Source of the DNA: a candidate division WOR-3 bacterium
GTDB taxonomy: Bacteria; Hydrothermota; 32-111
Length of the DNA: 64,000 nt
NCBI GenBank assembly: GCA_039804105.1
Contig: JBDRZU010000001.1
Location: 416,001-480,000, forward strand
Direction: 5' to 3'
Part shown: positions 1 to 9,254 of the stretch, one piece after another
How the letters are laid out: every line of letters begins with the position of its first letter
How positions within the stretch are numbered: position 1 is the first letter of the stretch
Program-made: the position numbers and the translations under genes
The notes under the pieces: model-generated
Database searches by the model: none
What the model saw: the letters and a program-made list of their open reading frames with translations, nothing else
Told to the model about the DNA's origin: nothing

Positions 1-1262
1 TATGGAAAAATTTCCTCAGAAGGTATAACTGCTTGGAGAGATTTTTCTGCAAGGAATCCATGCCCTATCTCTCTTCTTCCCGGACCTTTTAAAGGTGAAA
101 CTTCTCCAACTGAAAAAGGTGGGAAGTTATAATGCAACATAAAAGATTTTTTAGATTCTCCTTCAAGATCTTCGATAACCTGTTCATCAGACGATGTTCC
201 AAGAGTTAGACATGCAAGTGATTGTGTTTCACCTCTTGTGAAAAGTGCTGATCCGTGTGTTCTCGGCATAAGCCCGACTTCACAACTTATCTTTCTGATC
301 TCTTTTGTTTTTCTTCCATCAAGTCGTATTCCCTCTTTCAAGATTCTTTCTCTTATCATTTCTTTCCTGTTATCCTCTATCAGTGATGGTATGACGTTAA
401 CAAAATCTTCATATTCCTCTTTGAGATTTTCTACAACCTCTTTAATTAGTTTTTCAAATTCCTGATTTCTCTTCTGCTTTTCAAAAATATTGTTCAATAC
501 TTTCAACCTCTCAGTTGTCATTTCCTTTATTTTATCCTTTAAATCCTGCGGGATAATGAAAGGTTCATATTCCATCTTTTTTACTTCGATCTGTTCTATG
601 AGTTGTTTCTGGATATTTATAGATTCTCTTATTATGTTGTGTCCAAATTCTATAGCCCTCAACATATCCTCTTCTGAGACCTCATTTGCTGATGCTTCAA
701 TCGTTGTAACAGTTGTCTCTGTTCCAGCAAGGACAAGTTCAAGATCAGCATCTTCAAGTTCATCAAAAGTTGGTGAATCAATCAGTTGACCATCAACAAG
801 GGCAACCCTACAGGCACCTACGGGGCCATTGAAAGGTATATCCGAAATCATAAGTGCTGCTGATGCACCGATGACACCCAAAACATCAGTATCGATTTTT
901 CCATCAGCGGAAAAGAGTGTTGCGATTATCTGTGTTTCATTTATGAAATCATCGGGAAAAAGTGGCCTTATAGGTCTATCGATCAATCTGCTTGCAAGGA
1001 TCTCTCGATCTCTTGGCTTACCTTCCCTCTTGAAAAATCCACCAGGAATCTTTCCAGTTGCGAAATATTTCTCTCTGTAATCAACAGTGAGAGGGAAAAA
1101 GTCCTGTCCCTCTTTTTTTGTTTTTGATGCAACTGCTGTTACAAGAAGAATGTTTTCATTCAATTTTACCACTACTGAACCGTTGGCCTGTTTTGCAAGT
1201 TTACCTGTTGAAATTTCCAAATTGAACCGACCATACGGCCCATTTGCTTTTTTTTCTTCCAT
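1..1262 (-). CDS. pnp: Polyribonucleotide nucleotidyltransferase (PNPase), runs off the left edge
   Basis: Not in the ORF track. Manual translation from ATG at 1262 gives MEEKKANGPYGRFNLEISTGKLAKQANGSV...DFFPLTVDYREKYFATGKIPGGFFKREGKP. GAGGGG SD upstream; follows rpsO. Confidence 0.97.
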   Translation of the reverse strand, partial: MEEKKANGPYGRFNLEISTGKLAKQANGSVVVKLNENILLVTAVASKTKKEGQDFFPLTVDYREKYFATGKIPGGFFKREGKPRDREILASRLIDRPIRPLFPDDFINETQIIATLFSADGKIDTDVLGVIGASAALMISDIPFNGPVGACRVALVDGQLIDSPTFDELEDADLELVLAGTETTVTTIEASANEVSEEDMLRAIEFGHNIIRESINIQKQLIEQIEVKKMEYEPFIIPQDLKDKIKEMTTERLKVLNNIFEKQKRNQEFEKLIKEVVENLKEEYEDFVNVIPSLIEDNRKEMIRERILKEGIRLDGRKTKEIRKISCEVGLMPRTHGSALFTRGETQSLACLTLGTSSDEQVIEDLEGESKKSFMLHYNFPPFSVGEVSPLKGPGRREIGHGFLAEKSLQAVIPSEEIFP

Positions 1263-1274
1263 TCGTTACCCCTC

Positions 1275-1544
1275 TTATTTTCTTAAATTTAATTCTTTCA
1301 CTATCTTTTTATACCTTTCAAAATCCTTTTGCATAAGATAGTTTAACAATCTTTTTCTTTTACCAACCATTAAAAGAAGTCCTCTTCTTGAATGTATATC
1401 CTTTTTAAATTTTTTCAGATGTTCAGTCACCTGGTTGATCCTTTCAGTTAAAAGAGCGATTTGAACTTCTGGAGATCCTGTATCATTCTCTTTGATTGCA
1501 AACTTTTCAATGATCTCTTTTTTCTTTTCCTTTTTTAAAGCCAT
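1275..1544 (-). CDS. rpsO: 30S ribosomal protein S15
   Basis: [13 protein letters not shown] and [22 protein letters not shown] signatures. Confidence 0.99.
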   Translation of the reverse strand: MALKKEKKKEIIEKFAIKENDTGSPEVQIALLTERINQVTEHLKKFKKDIHSRRGLLLMVGKRKRLLNYLMQKDFERYKKIVKELNLRK

Positions 1545-2473
1545 AATTCCTCCTTTAAATTTTTTATTTCTTCTTTATCTTTTTTTAACTGCTCTATTAG
1601 TTCATTTTCTCCTGGGAATTTTACTTCGTCTCTTAACCTTTTTATAAAGTGTATTTTCAAAGTTTTGTTATAAAGATTTTCATTAAAATCAAGTATATGA
1701 ACTTCAAGAGATAATTTTTCATCAAAAGTCGGCCGTTTCCCAACATTCATCATTCCTTTATATTTTTTACCTTCATATATTACCAATACAGCGTAAACTC
1801 CATTTTGAGGCATAATCTTTATCTTTTCATCAAATTCGATGTTTGCTGTTGGGAATCCAAGGATTGCACCTCTTCCTTCTCCTCTAACAACAACACCTTT
1901 TACAAAATATTTGTATCCTAAAAATTTATTCGCCTCTTCAATGTTCCCAAATTTTATGAATTTTCTGATTATCGAACTTGAAATAATCTGTGCATCTTCA
2001 ACTTCAGGTTCAACTAATTCAAATTTTATTCTTTCCTTCAAAAGTATTGACCTCAATTTTACAATATCCCCTTTTCTGTTGTTTCCAAAATGTGTATCGT
2101 ATCCAACAACAAATGTTGAAGGTGCAAGGCGGTTTATTATTATTTTTTCAACAAAATCATCGGCCGAAATCTGCGCGAAATTTTTATCAAAAGGAATTAT
2201 CAAAAGATTGTCAACAAGGTTTGAAGTTTCAAACATATAAAGTTTATCTTCAAGTGTTGTTAAAAGAAAATTTTCTTTGATACCTTCGAGAACTATTCGC
2301 GGATGAGGTTCAAAAGTGATTACAAGATTTTCTTTCCCTTCTCTTTTTGAAATTTTAGATAAATTTTCCAAAACCTTTTTGTGTCCCTTATGAATTCCAT
2401 CAAAAGAACCGATCGTGATAACTTTTCCTTTTAAACTATCATCGACTTTATTCAATCCATAAAATATGTTCAT
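1535..2473 (-). CDS. ribF: Bifunctional riboflavin kinase/FAD synthetase
   Basis: [24 protein letters not shown] and EVHILDF motifs. ATG at 2473 overlaps the truB stop (ATGA). Confidence 0.97.
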   Translation of the reverse strand: MNIFYGLNKVDDSLKGKVITIGSFDGIHKGHKKVLENLSKISKREGKENLVITFEPHPRIVLEGIKENFLLTTLEDKLYMFETSNLVDNLLIIPFDKNFAQISADDFVEKIIINRLAPSTFVVGYDTHFGNNRKGDIVKLRSILLKERIKFELVEPEVEDAQIISSSIIRKFIKFGNIEEANKFLGYKYFVKGVVVRGEGRGAILGFPTANIEFDEKIKIMPQNGVYAVLVIYEGKKYKGMMNVGKRPTFDEKLSLEVHILDFNENLYNKTLKIHFIKRLRDEVKFPGENELIEQLKKDKEEIKNLKEELWL

Positions 2474-3336
2474 ACAATACACCTTTTTGGATAGATAAAA
2501 CCATCCTTATTTTCAGCAACAATATAATTTTTTTCATATTTTACAAGAAGTAATTTTTTGTCAAAATTATTTTTCAACTTCAAAAAATTACCATTCTTTA
2601 AAATATTAAAATCTTTTCGATCAACTTCGAGGGTATCCATTATTTCTTTTACAATTTCCTCCAGTTTTTTCGAATCTTCAATTTTTATATCATCTATTTT
2701 TTTTGCATCCCCTATTTTAAAAAATCCATTTTCCAATCTTCTCAACTTTACAACAGTTCCATAGGTATCAAGTTTCTCACCAATTTCTTTTGCAAATGAT
2801 CTGACATAAAACCCCTTTTTGACCCTTAATTGAATATTAAGATTTTTTCCATCAAAATAGATTATCTTGAAATCCTTCATAAAAACCTTTTTTCTTTTTT
2901 CTTCAAACATTATTCCTTTTCTTGCAAGGTTATACGCTCTTTCTCCTTGTATTTTCACAGCCGAATATTTTGGAACCATTTGCAATTGTTCACCGAGAAA
3001 AAAGTTCTTTATAACTTTTTCTACATCTTTTTCATGAATTTTTATTTTTTGATTTTTTCTTTCGACTATTTTTCCTGTAACATCAAGAGTATCAGTCAAA
3101 ATACCGAACTCTATCAACGCATCATAAACCTTATCACAATCTTCCAAAAATCTTATAAGTTTTGTGAAATTCCCTGAAAAAAGGGGTAACACACCTGAGG
3201 CAAAAGGATCAAGAGTTCCGAGAAAACCAACTTTTTTTTCTTTGAAAATACTTCTGAATCTTTTAACTATTTCAAACGATGTTAAACCTTCTTCCTTGTC
3301 TATGTTGAATATTAGATCGATCGTAGTGTTCACCAC
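2470..3336 (-). CDS. truB: tRNA pseudouridine(55) synthase
   Basis: GFLGTLDPFASGVL, TDTLDVTG, PKYSAVKIQGERAY, GFYVRS; truB-ribF-rpsO-pnp synteny. Confidence 0.96.
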   Translation of the reverse strand: MVNTTIDLIFNIDKEEGLTSFEIVKRFRSIFKEKKVGFLGTLDPFASGVLPLFSGNFTKLIRFLEDCDKVYDALIEFGILTDTLDVTGKIVERKNQKIKIHEKDVEKVIKNFFLGEQLQMVPKYSAVKIQGERAYNLARKGIMFEEKRKKVFMKDFKIIYFDGKNLNIQLRVKKGFYVRSFAKEIGEKLDTYGTVVKLRRLENGFFKIGDAKKIDDIKIEDSKKLEEIVKEIMDTLEVDRKDFNILKNGNFLKLKNNFDKKLLLVKYEKNYIVAENKDGFIYPKRCIV

Positions 3337-4412
3337 CTGAAACCGATTGAGATTCTGTAGTTTGAAGTTTCAAAATCGTATATATCAGAATCTATACCAA
3401 GATCAAGTCTGAAACTGTTTTTCACCATGATTCCACCACCGAAAGTGAATCCCATCCTTTGCCCATAATAATCAAGAAAATATCCCAACCTTAAAGACAG
3501 AAGATTGTAATAGGTGTATTCAATTCCAGCACCAAGCCAGGTGTCAAGAAATTCAGCTTCGAGTAGTGAAAGAGTATCTTCACTCTCTGGGTTACTCATA
3601 TTTTCATACTTTTCAAGGATTCTTGACAGTTCAAAGGTGAAATCTGATTTTGAAAGTGAATCGAGTTGTATTCCAGCAATAACTTTTGTCAGATCTGTTG
3701 TAAAAATCAACTTGTTCAACTCATTCTGTATAATCGTTTGAGCAAATCCGATCCTAAGAGTTCTCGGAAGATCATCCACTGAACCATCAGCAATGTATTT
3801 GAGTCCAGGACCGAGATTTGAAAGAGAAACACCAATAGATGTTTTTTCACCAAACTTTTTCAAAAATCCAAAATCCAAAGCAACAGATTGTCCCTGCCCT
3901 CCTCTTTCTTCTCCTATATATTTCTGAATTATCCAATCAGGTGCTAAAAAAGAGTAGATGAATTTGCCTGTTACTCCCAACGACATATCATTTTTGATCC
4001 TGTAGGAATATGAAAGTGATAAAGCAAAATCAAAAGTTGTCCATACTGCGGTTGGGTCATTGTTTTCCTCAGCTGACATCTCTCCAGCTGTAAGATAAAT
4101 TATACTTCCACCCCAAACACCATAATTTGTTGGAATAACAGCTGAAAGAAATTCATAATACATATCATTCCCAAGGGCTGTAAGCCATGGAGAATGCATA
4201 AGCACTATATCTTTCTTTTCCTGCAAACCCATCCCTGCAGGGTTGTAATACGTAGCGAGTGCATCATCAGATAACGCAGTATAAGAGTTTCCCAGAGAAA
4301 CTGCCCTTGAACCGGGATAAATAAGTAAAAAAACTGCACCTGCCTGGGAGGCGGTTGAAAAGATAAGTACATATGTAAAGAGCAAAATTATAATTATTAA
4401 AATTTTTTTCAT
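3330..4412 (-). CDS. PorV/PorQ-family outer-membrane beta-barrel (T9SS shuttle-like)
   Basis: Signal peptide, FLLIYPGSRAVSLG..YTALSDDALATYYNPAG N-terminal motif, GIEYTY..LRLGY, C-terminal aromatic GFRW. AGGAG SD favours ATG 4412. Confidence 0.8.
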   Translation of the reverse strand: MKKILIIIILLFTYVLIFSTASQAGAVFLLIYPGSRAVSLGNSYTALSDDALATYYNPAGMGLQEKKDIVLMHSPWLTALGNDMYYEFLSAVIPTNYGVWGGSIIYLTAGEMSAEENNDPTAVWTTFDFALSLSYSYRIKNDMSLGVTGKFIYSFLAPDWIIQKYIGEERGGQGQSVALDFGFLKKFGEKTSIGVSLSNLGPGLKYIADGSVDDLPRTLRIGFAQTIIQNELNKLIFTTDLTKVIAGIQLDSLSKSDFTFELSRILEKYENMSNPESEDTLSLLEAEFLDTWLGAGIEYTYYNLLSLRLGYFLDYYGQRMGFTFGGGIMVKNSFRLDLGIDSDIYDFETSNYRISIGFRW

Positions 4413-4470
4413 CTTCACTCCTAATATTTTATATTAGGATAATAATTGAATAATAATGTGATGTCAATAG

Positions 4471-4662
4471 TTAAACAACTTTTTGAACTGAACCTGAACG
4501 AAGACATCTTGAGCAAACATAGATATATTTAATTTTATTATCTACTTTTGCTTTTACTCTCCTTAAATTCGGCATCCTTTTTTTCTTTGTCACATTGTGC
4601 GCATGTGAAATATTTGAGCCAAACTGTGGTCCTTTTCCGCAAACTTCACATCTATTAGCCAT
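4471..4662 (-). CDS. rpmB: 50S ribosomal protein L28 (Zn-binding type)
   Basis: CEVCGK..GSNISHAHN..PNL..VCSRCLRSG. Confidence 0.97.
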   Translation of the reverse strand: MANRCEVCGKGPQFGSNISHAHNVTKKKRMPNLRRVKAKVDNKIKYIYVCSRCLRSGSVQKVV

Positions 4663-4817
4663 TTAGTTTCTCCTTTTTTTTGGTGAAGTATACCATATTA
4701 AGTGAAAAAATCAATAGGTTAAAAAATTAGTTTCAAATAAAGACAGGTGTAAAATAAAATTTACTTTTTGACCTCTTAATAAAATATCAAATTATGTTTT
4801 TAGTGTAATTTAAAATT

Positions 4818-4832
4818 TGGCACGATAATTGA
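4818..4832 (+). promoter_or_regulatory. Putative sigma54 (-24/-12) promoter
   Basis: TGGCACG-ATAA-TTGA versus consensus TGGCACG-N4-TTGC (one mismatch at -12), upstream of an AGGAGG SD and ATG 4861. Confidence 0.5.
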
Positions 4833-4860
4833 TTATAGTTATTGAAAAAAAGGAGGTATT

Positions 4861-5361
4861 ATGAAAAAACTTTTAACAGTTTCACTCTTCATACTTCTTG
4901 CAAGTATAACCGTTTTAGCTGATAAAAATGATGCTGAATTTCTTGATTATAATATTAAATCCCAACCTGATATTCATAGAAACTATATAATTCCACCCCA
5001 ACCCGTTTTACCTGATGATAACAATTCAACTCAATTAAATTCCCTCCCCGAAAACCATAGAAACTACATAATTCCACCTCAACCTGTTCTTCCTGAAGAT
5101 GAAAATTCAGTTCAATTAAAATCGTCTCCTGATAAAAGAAGACACAATATTATTCCACCAAATCCAGTGAATCCTCAAAATCCTATAACATTCTCAAAGA
5201 CAATAGATCTTAAAAATCTTGGGGAGTTTGAAATACAGATTTACAACCTGAACGGTGAAAGAGTTAATAATAATTTGAACTCTCTTCCGACAGGCAAATA
5301 TTTACTACTTTTGAAAAATGGTAAAAATATTTTTAAAGAGAAAATAGTGATTTTAAAATAA
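4861..5361 (+). CDS. Small secreted protein with three 27-aa-spaced Pro-rich repeats and a T9SS-type C-terminal domain
   Basis: Signal peptide; (H/R)RxxIIPPxPV three times; C-terminus IQIYNLNGERV..LPTGKYLLLLK..KEKIVILK. Confidence 0.8.
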   Translation: MKKLLTVSLFILLASITVLADKNDAEFLDYNIKSQPDIHRNYIIPPQPVLPDDNNSTQLNSLPENHRNYIIPPQPVLPEDENSVQLKSSPDKRRHNIIPPNPVNPQNPITFSKTIDLKNLGEFEIQIYNLNGERVNNNLNSLPTGKYLLLLKNGKNIFKEKIVILK

Positions 5362-5394
5362 TACCATCTCTTTATAAAACCTCATCTCTCCTTT

Positions 5395-5424
5395 CAAAAA
5401 ACCCCAAACCTTTGGGGTTTTTTG
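5395..5424. terminator. Bidirectional intrinsic terminator
   Basis: CAAAAAACCCCAAA-CC-TTTGGGGTTTTTTG between convergent genes. Confidence 0.85.
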
Positions 5425-5426
5425 AT

Positions 5427-6680
5427 TTAAAGAAATTTTTTTCTTTTGAAAAACCTTTCAAGCTCTTTTCCTGTAATTATATAATCTGTGTTGAATATAT
5501 AAACAAGAATAATAACTAAAATTATGAAAAAGAATAGATTATATAGTATTCCATAAAAAACCATTTTATATTGATCAAAAAATAAAAGTTTCATCGTCAT
5601 CATCGGATGTGAAAACGGTATTAAAAAAACTATTGTTCTAAAAGGCCAAGATAAAGTATCAAAATCTTTAAACATCGTTAAAAACATAGGTATTATTGCA
5701 AGTATTGAAACCGGCATTGTTAATGTCTGAGCCGACTTGTAATCTTTCGCAAAAAGTCCAAGCAACAAACACATCGAAAGTCCGGATAACAATGATAGAA
5801 ATATTGAAAGACCTATCAAAATATAATCTGAAAAATAAAAAACTTTGAAATCAGGCATGTATGAAATATTTTCAGAAAAACCTTTCATATAATTATAAAA
5901 CCCTGTCATATAGATTGAAGCCATTACCATTCCAACAATTCCACCACCTATTATTTTCCCAAGAACGATATCTCTTCTTTCAACTGGCATCGTAAGAAGT
6001 GTCTCAAGTGTTTTATTCTCTTTTTCCATACCCATCGATGATATTATCATTCCTCCAGACATCACCAGAAGCATCATAATTATCACAGGGACAAAATTCG
6101 TCTGATTCCCAAGAAAGGAATATAAAGTTTTTGGGCTAACATTTTTAAAAGTTTTTTCTTTAACTTTTAAATCTTGTGTTTTAATTGTAAATGGATCGAG
6201 AATATTTTCTTTTTTTATGCCTTCTTCGATCAAAAGGTATTTAGATAGATCATTCTTGGAATATATAAGACACTTTTCAATTACATCTGAAGACATAAAA
6301 TCGAAAAGTCCCGTTCCTTTCAAAATCCACTCAACTTTTAACTCTCCTTTTTCTCCTTTCAAAACTGCATTCTTGAATCCTTTCTCAATAATGATTATAG
6401 CCCCACCTTCTTTTTTTAATATTTCCAATTGATCATTAAAACTCTTTTTTTCCAATTCACCTTTTGAATATTTTAAAATAAAATCAGAAAATTTCTTTGA
6501 AATTTCTGTTGAATCTTTATCAATAATTACTATATTAGCATTATTGATCTCTGCGTTTTTTTCAGCATTCGAAACATATTTACCTATATAACCTAACACA
6601 AAAGATACAAAGATTAGTGAAATTATTGTCGACTTATTTAAAAGTTCCTTTATCTCTTTTTTTATAATGTTAAGAATCAT
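5427..6680 (-). CDS. ABC-2 type permease (NatB-like)
   Basis: EKENKTLETLLTMPV..IVLGK motif, multiple TM segments, coupled to the ATPase. Confidence 0.88.
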   Translation of the reverse strand: MILNIIKKEIKELLNKSTIISLIFVSFVLGYIGKYVSNAEKNAEINNANIVIIDKDSTEISKKFSDFILKYSKGELEKKSFNDQLEILKKEGGAIIIIEKGFKNAVLKGEKGELKVEWILKGTGLFDFMSSDVIEKCLIYSKNDLSKYLLIEEGIKKENILDPFTIKTQDLKVKEKTFKNVSPKTLYSFLGNQTNFVPVIIMMLLVMSGGMIISSMGMEKENKTLETLLTMPVERRDIVLGKIIGGGIVGMVMASIYMTGFYNYMKGFSENISYMPDFKVFYFSDYILIGLSIFLSLLSGLSMCLLLGLFAKDYKSAQTLTMPVSILAIIPMFLTMFKDFDTLSWPFRTIVFLIPFSHPMMTMKLLFFDQYKMVFYGILYNLFFFIILVIILVYIFNTDYIITGKELERFFKRKKFL

Positions 6681-7399
6681 CTTTTTTCTCCAACAACTTT
6701 TACAAATATTTTTTCAATATTCTCAGCATTATATTTTTCTTTTAATTTTTTTATACTACCACTTTCAACAATAATCCCCTCATTTATCAGTGATATTCGA
6801 TCACACAGGTAATCGACCTCAAGCATATTGTGAGATGAAACTATAAAGGTTGTCCCCTCTTTTGCTTTTTGTTTTATAATATTTCTGATCTGTGTTGCAT
6901 TGATAACATCAAGTCCAGAGGTCGGCTCGTCAAGTATCGCAAGTTTTGGTTCTATCATTAAACTTCGTGCTATCAAAAGCCTTCTTATCATCCCTTTAGA
7001 ATATGTATCGATCTTATCGTTTAACCTATCTTTCAAAGATGAAATTTCTATTCCATATTCAAGAGTTTTTTCGATATCTCTTCCATCTTTAAAAAAATTT
7101 ACAAAAAATTTTAAGTAATCAATTCCTTTCAGATTTTTGTAAGCACCAGCATCTTCTGGTAGATAGGAGATTATCTTTTTTATTTCCATCTTTTTCGAAA
7201 TATCATATCCAAAGATTTCTACATTTCCTTCACTTTTATTCAGAATAGTCGAAAGTATTCTAAGACATGTAGATTTCCCCGCTCCATTTGGACCTATCAA
7301 ACCAAAAATTTCACCCTGATTAACTTCGAAGTTGATCCCTTTCAACGCCTGTACTTTTCCAAAATTTTTTTTCAAATTTTCTACTTTAACCACAACCAT
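6677..7399 (-). CDS. ABC transporter ATP-binding protein (NatA-like)
   Basis: GPNGAGKST, YSKGM, ILDEPTSGLD, SSH. Confidence 0.95.
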   Translation of the reverse strand: MVVVKVENLKKNFGKVQALKGINFEVNQGEIFGLIGPNGAGKSTCLRILSTILNKSEGNVEIFGYDISKKMEIKKIISYLPEDAGAYKNLKGIDYLKFFVNFFKDGRDIEKTLEYGIEISSLKDRLNDKIDTYSKGMIRRLLIARSLMIEPKLAILDEPTSGLDVINATQIRNIIKQKAKEGTTFIVSSHNMLEVDYLCDRISLINEGIIVESGSIKKLKEKYNAENIEKIFVKVVGEKR

Positions 7400-7401
7400 A
7401 C

Positions 7402-7941
7402 TTAATCATCTGTATTATTTTTCAATAGTACAAAGAATAAAAGAAGTGAAACTCCAACCGAACCGATACAACCTATACTTCGTTCAAATAAAACAATTAA
7501 ATTTTTATAAGTTTTTTTTATATCTTTATTTGAATAATCATAATATGGAATAAAAATTATTGAGAATAAACTGAGTAAACTTGAAAGTGTAATTAGAGTT
7601 ATAAAAATTGGAACACCGATTTGACCTAAAGAGTTGATAATAGTTTTACTCTGTCCTAAAGTAAAAATTACTTCAAATATTCCTACAACCAAAATAAAAA
7701 CAAATCCAACAAAAGATAACACTATTGAACCAGTAACAGGTGATCCAAGACAACATCCAAAAAGCAGGTTATCCTTTGCAACATTTAAGTTATTTGAAAG
7801 AGGTGAAATTTCTATACAGCAGAAAGGTTTTTTATTTAAACTTTTTTCTTTGAAATTCAAACTATCAGATTGTTCTGTTTGGGGAAAGATCGAAAGTGAT
7901 GTTAAAGACAAAATTAAAAAAATTATAATAAATTTTTTCAT
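7402..7941 (-). CDS. Hypothetical membrane protein
   Basis: Signal-like N-terminus plus about 3 hydrophobic segments; TTGACA-N16-TAAAAT upstream. Confidence 0.6.
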   Translation of the reverse strand: MKKFIIIFLILSLTSLSIFPQTEQSDSLNFKEKSLNKKPFCCIEISPLSNNLNVAKDNLLFGCCLGSPVTGSIVLSFVGFVFILVVGIFEVIFTLGQSKTIINSLGQIGVPIFITLITLSSLLSLFSIIFIPYYDYSNKDIKKTYKNLIVLFERSIGCIGSVGVSLLLFFVLLKNNTDD

Positions 7942-7998
7942 TATTTATTTTGATTTTACTCCATTTTCCTTTAATGTCAATCATTATTTTCATATTTT

Positions 7999-8031
7999 GG
8001 GGACGGTGCTTGACTTTTTGACATTTTTTGG
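7999..8031 (+). repeat. ~33-bp dispersed motif, copy A (GGGGACGGTGCTTGACTTTTTGACATTTTTTGG)
   Basis: Reverse complement matches copies at ~54778-54808 and ~56955-56986. Confidence 0.9.
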
Positions 8032-8127
8032 TAAATCCCTGTTTTAAATATAGTTATCACGACACTTTTGATTTCAAAAATGATTTGAATTTTTGATGTA
8101 ACTAGGCATCAATAAATCTATATTTGT

Positions 8128-8592
8128 TTACTTTTTTATATACTCGAGAACAAAAGTATAATTATCATTTAAAGAGTACTGAAATGCACCTCGAAAAATC
8201 CCTTTAACCTTTTTTACAAGAGCTTTGTCTTTTGTAGTTAATGAGATTCCATAGAGTATTCCAGTTTTTGGATGTTTTGGTTTGTTGTTAACAATCCAGT
8301 TTTCCCAGTCATACCTTATATCTTTTCGAGGCTTATAATTAAATTTGAAACCTTTAGGTAAATATTTTTTTAATTCTTTTGGCACTGTGCCAGGGCCATA
8401 ATCTGGTGGGAATTTCCCAGTATCAACATAGTAAGCAATAACCGCTTCTCTAATAACTTCAAAATCAGTTATGACTTTTGCTGCCTCTGCAGTTTTTTTT
8501 GCTTCATAAAACGATGGAAGAGCAAAGTTAACTATTATTGATATTATTAAAATAACTATCATCAACTCAATTAAAGAAAATCCTTTTTTCAT
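8128..8592 (-). CDS. Prepilin-type N-terminal cleavage/methylation protein (T2SS pseudopilin or type IV pilin-like)
   Basis: MKKG/FSLIELMIVILIISII class III signal; AYYVDTGKFP. Confidence 0.88.
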   Translation of the reverse strand: MKKGFSLIELMIVILIISIIVNFALPSFYEAKKTAEAAKVITDFEVIREAVIAYYVDTGKFPPDYGPGTVPKELKKYLPKGFKFNYKPRKDIRYDWENWIVNNKPKHPKTGILYGISLTTKDKALVKKVKGIFRGAFQYSLNDNYTFVLEYIKK

Positions 8593-9071
8593 TTTTCCCC
8601 CTCTTCTAAAACAAGATTTTTAAATTTTTCGGGAATAAGTAATATTGGATCATCTTTTGAATTGTAGGTTATAACTTTTTCATTTTGTTTTATAGAAAGT
8701 TCAAATATTGAATCATCCATAATAGAATAATCAACAGAGTCCTGTTCATGAACAAACTCTTTTAAATCTTTTGGTAAAAAACCATTTTGCTCTTTATAGT
8801 TCTTTATCTTCATCACCGTAAGATACAGAAATATCTTTTTGTTTTCTTCGATTTCACTCTCAGATAAAGTAAGTTTATTCATTTGTTCAAACTTTTTTAC
8901 ATTGAAAAATATCGATGCTATAAAAAGTATAAAAATCACAATAAAAGTCAGCAACTTAGCAACCTTTTCAATGTTTTTCTCTTTAGTTTTTACTTCCTTT
9001 TTCTTTTTATCCTCTTCTTCTTCTTCAACTTTCTGGATGAGATCTTGAATATCCTTTTTCACTTCATCCAT
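8589..9071 (-). CDS. Hypothetical bitopic membrane protein co-transcribed with the pilin
   Basis: Charged N-terminus, one TM helix, YKEQNGFLPKDL pseudopilin-like motif, ATGA overlap. Confidence 0.65.
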   Translation of the reverse strand: MDEVKKDIQDLIQKVEEEEEDKKKKEVKTKEKNIEKVAKLLTFIVIFILFIASIFFNVKKFEQMNKLTLSESEIEENKKIFLYLTVMKIKNYKEQNGFLPKDLKEFVHEQDSVDYSIMDDSIFELSIKQNEKVITYNSKDDPILLIPEKFKNLVLEEGEK

Positions 9072-9254
9072 AAAAACTCCTCTTATTTTGGAAAATTATA
9101 AACAAAAATTATTCCAAATCTATCTTATTGAAAATTACCACTTTGTAAAATTACCCTCCATTTTTATTGTAATAATTTTTAAACATTGTAAAAGAGAAAT
9201 TACAAAAATTTTATAAACATAAAAAACTAAAATTGAAATCTGAAAAAAAATCAA

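Noticed and set aside
238..1341. Plus-strand ORFs 238-465, 490-789, 829-1080 and 1087-1341
   Set aside because: Antisense shadows of pnp and rpsO. The same applies to most short ORFs lying opposite long genes in the track.
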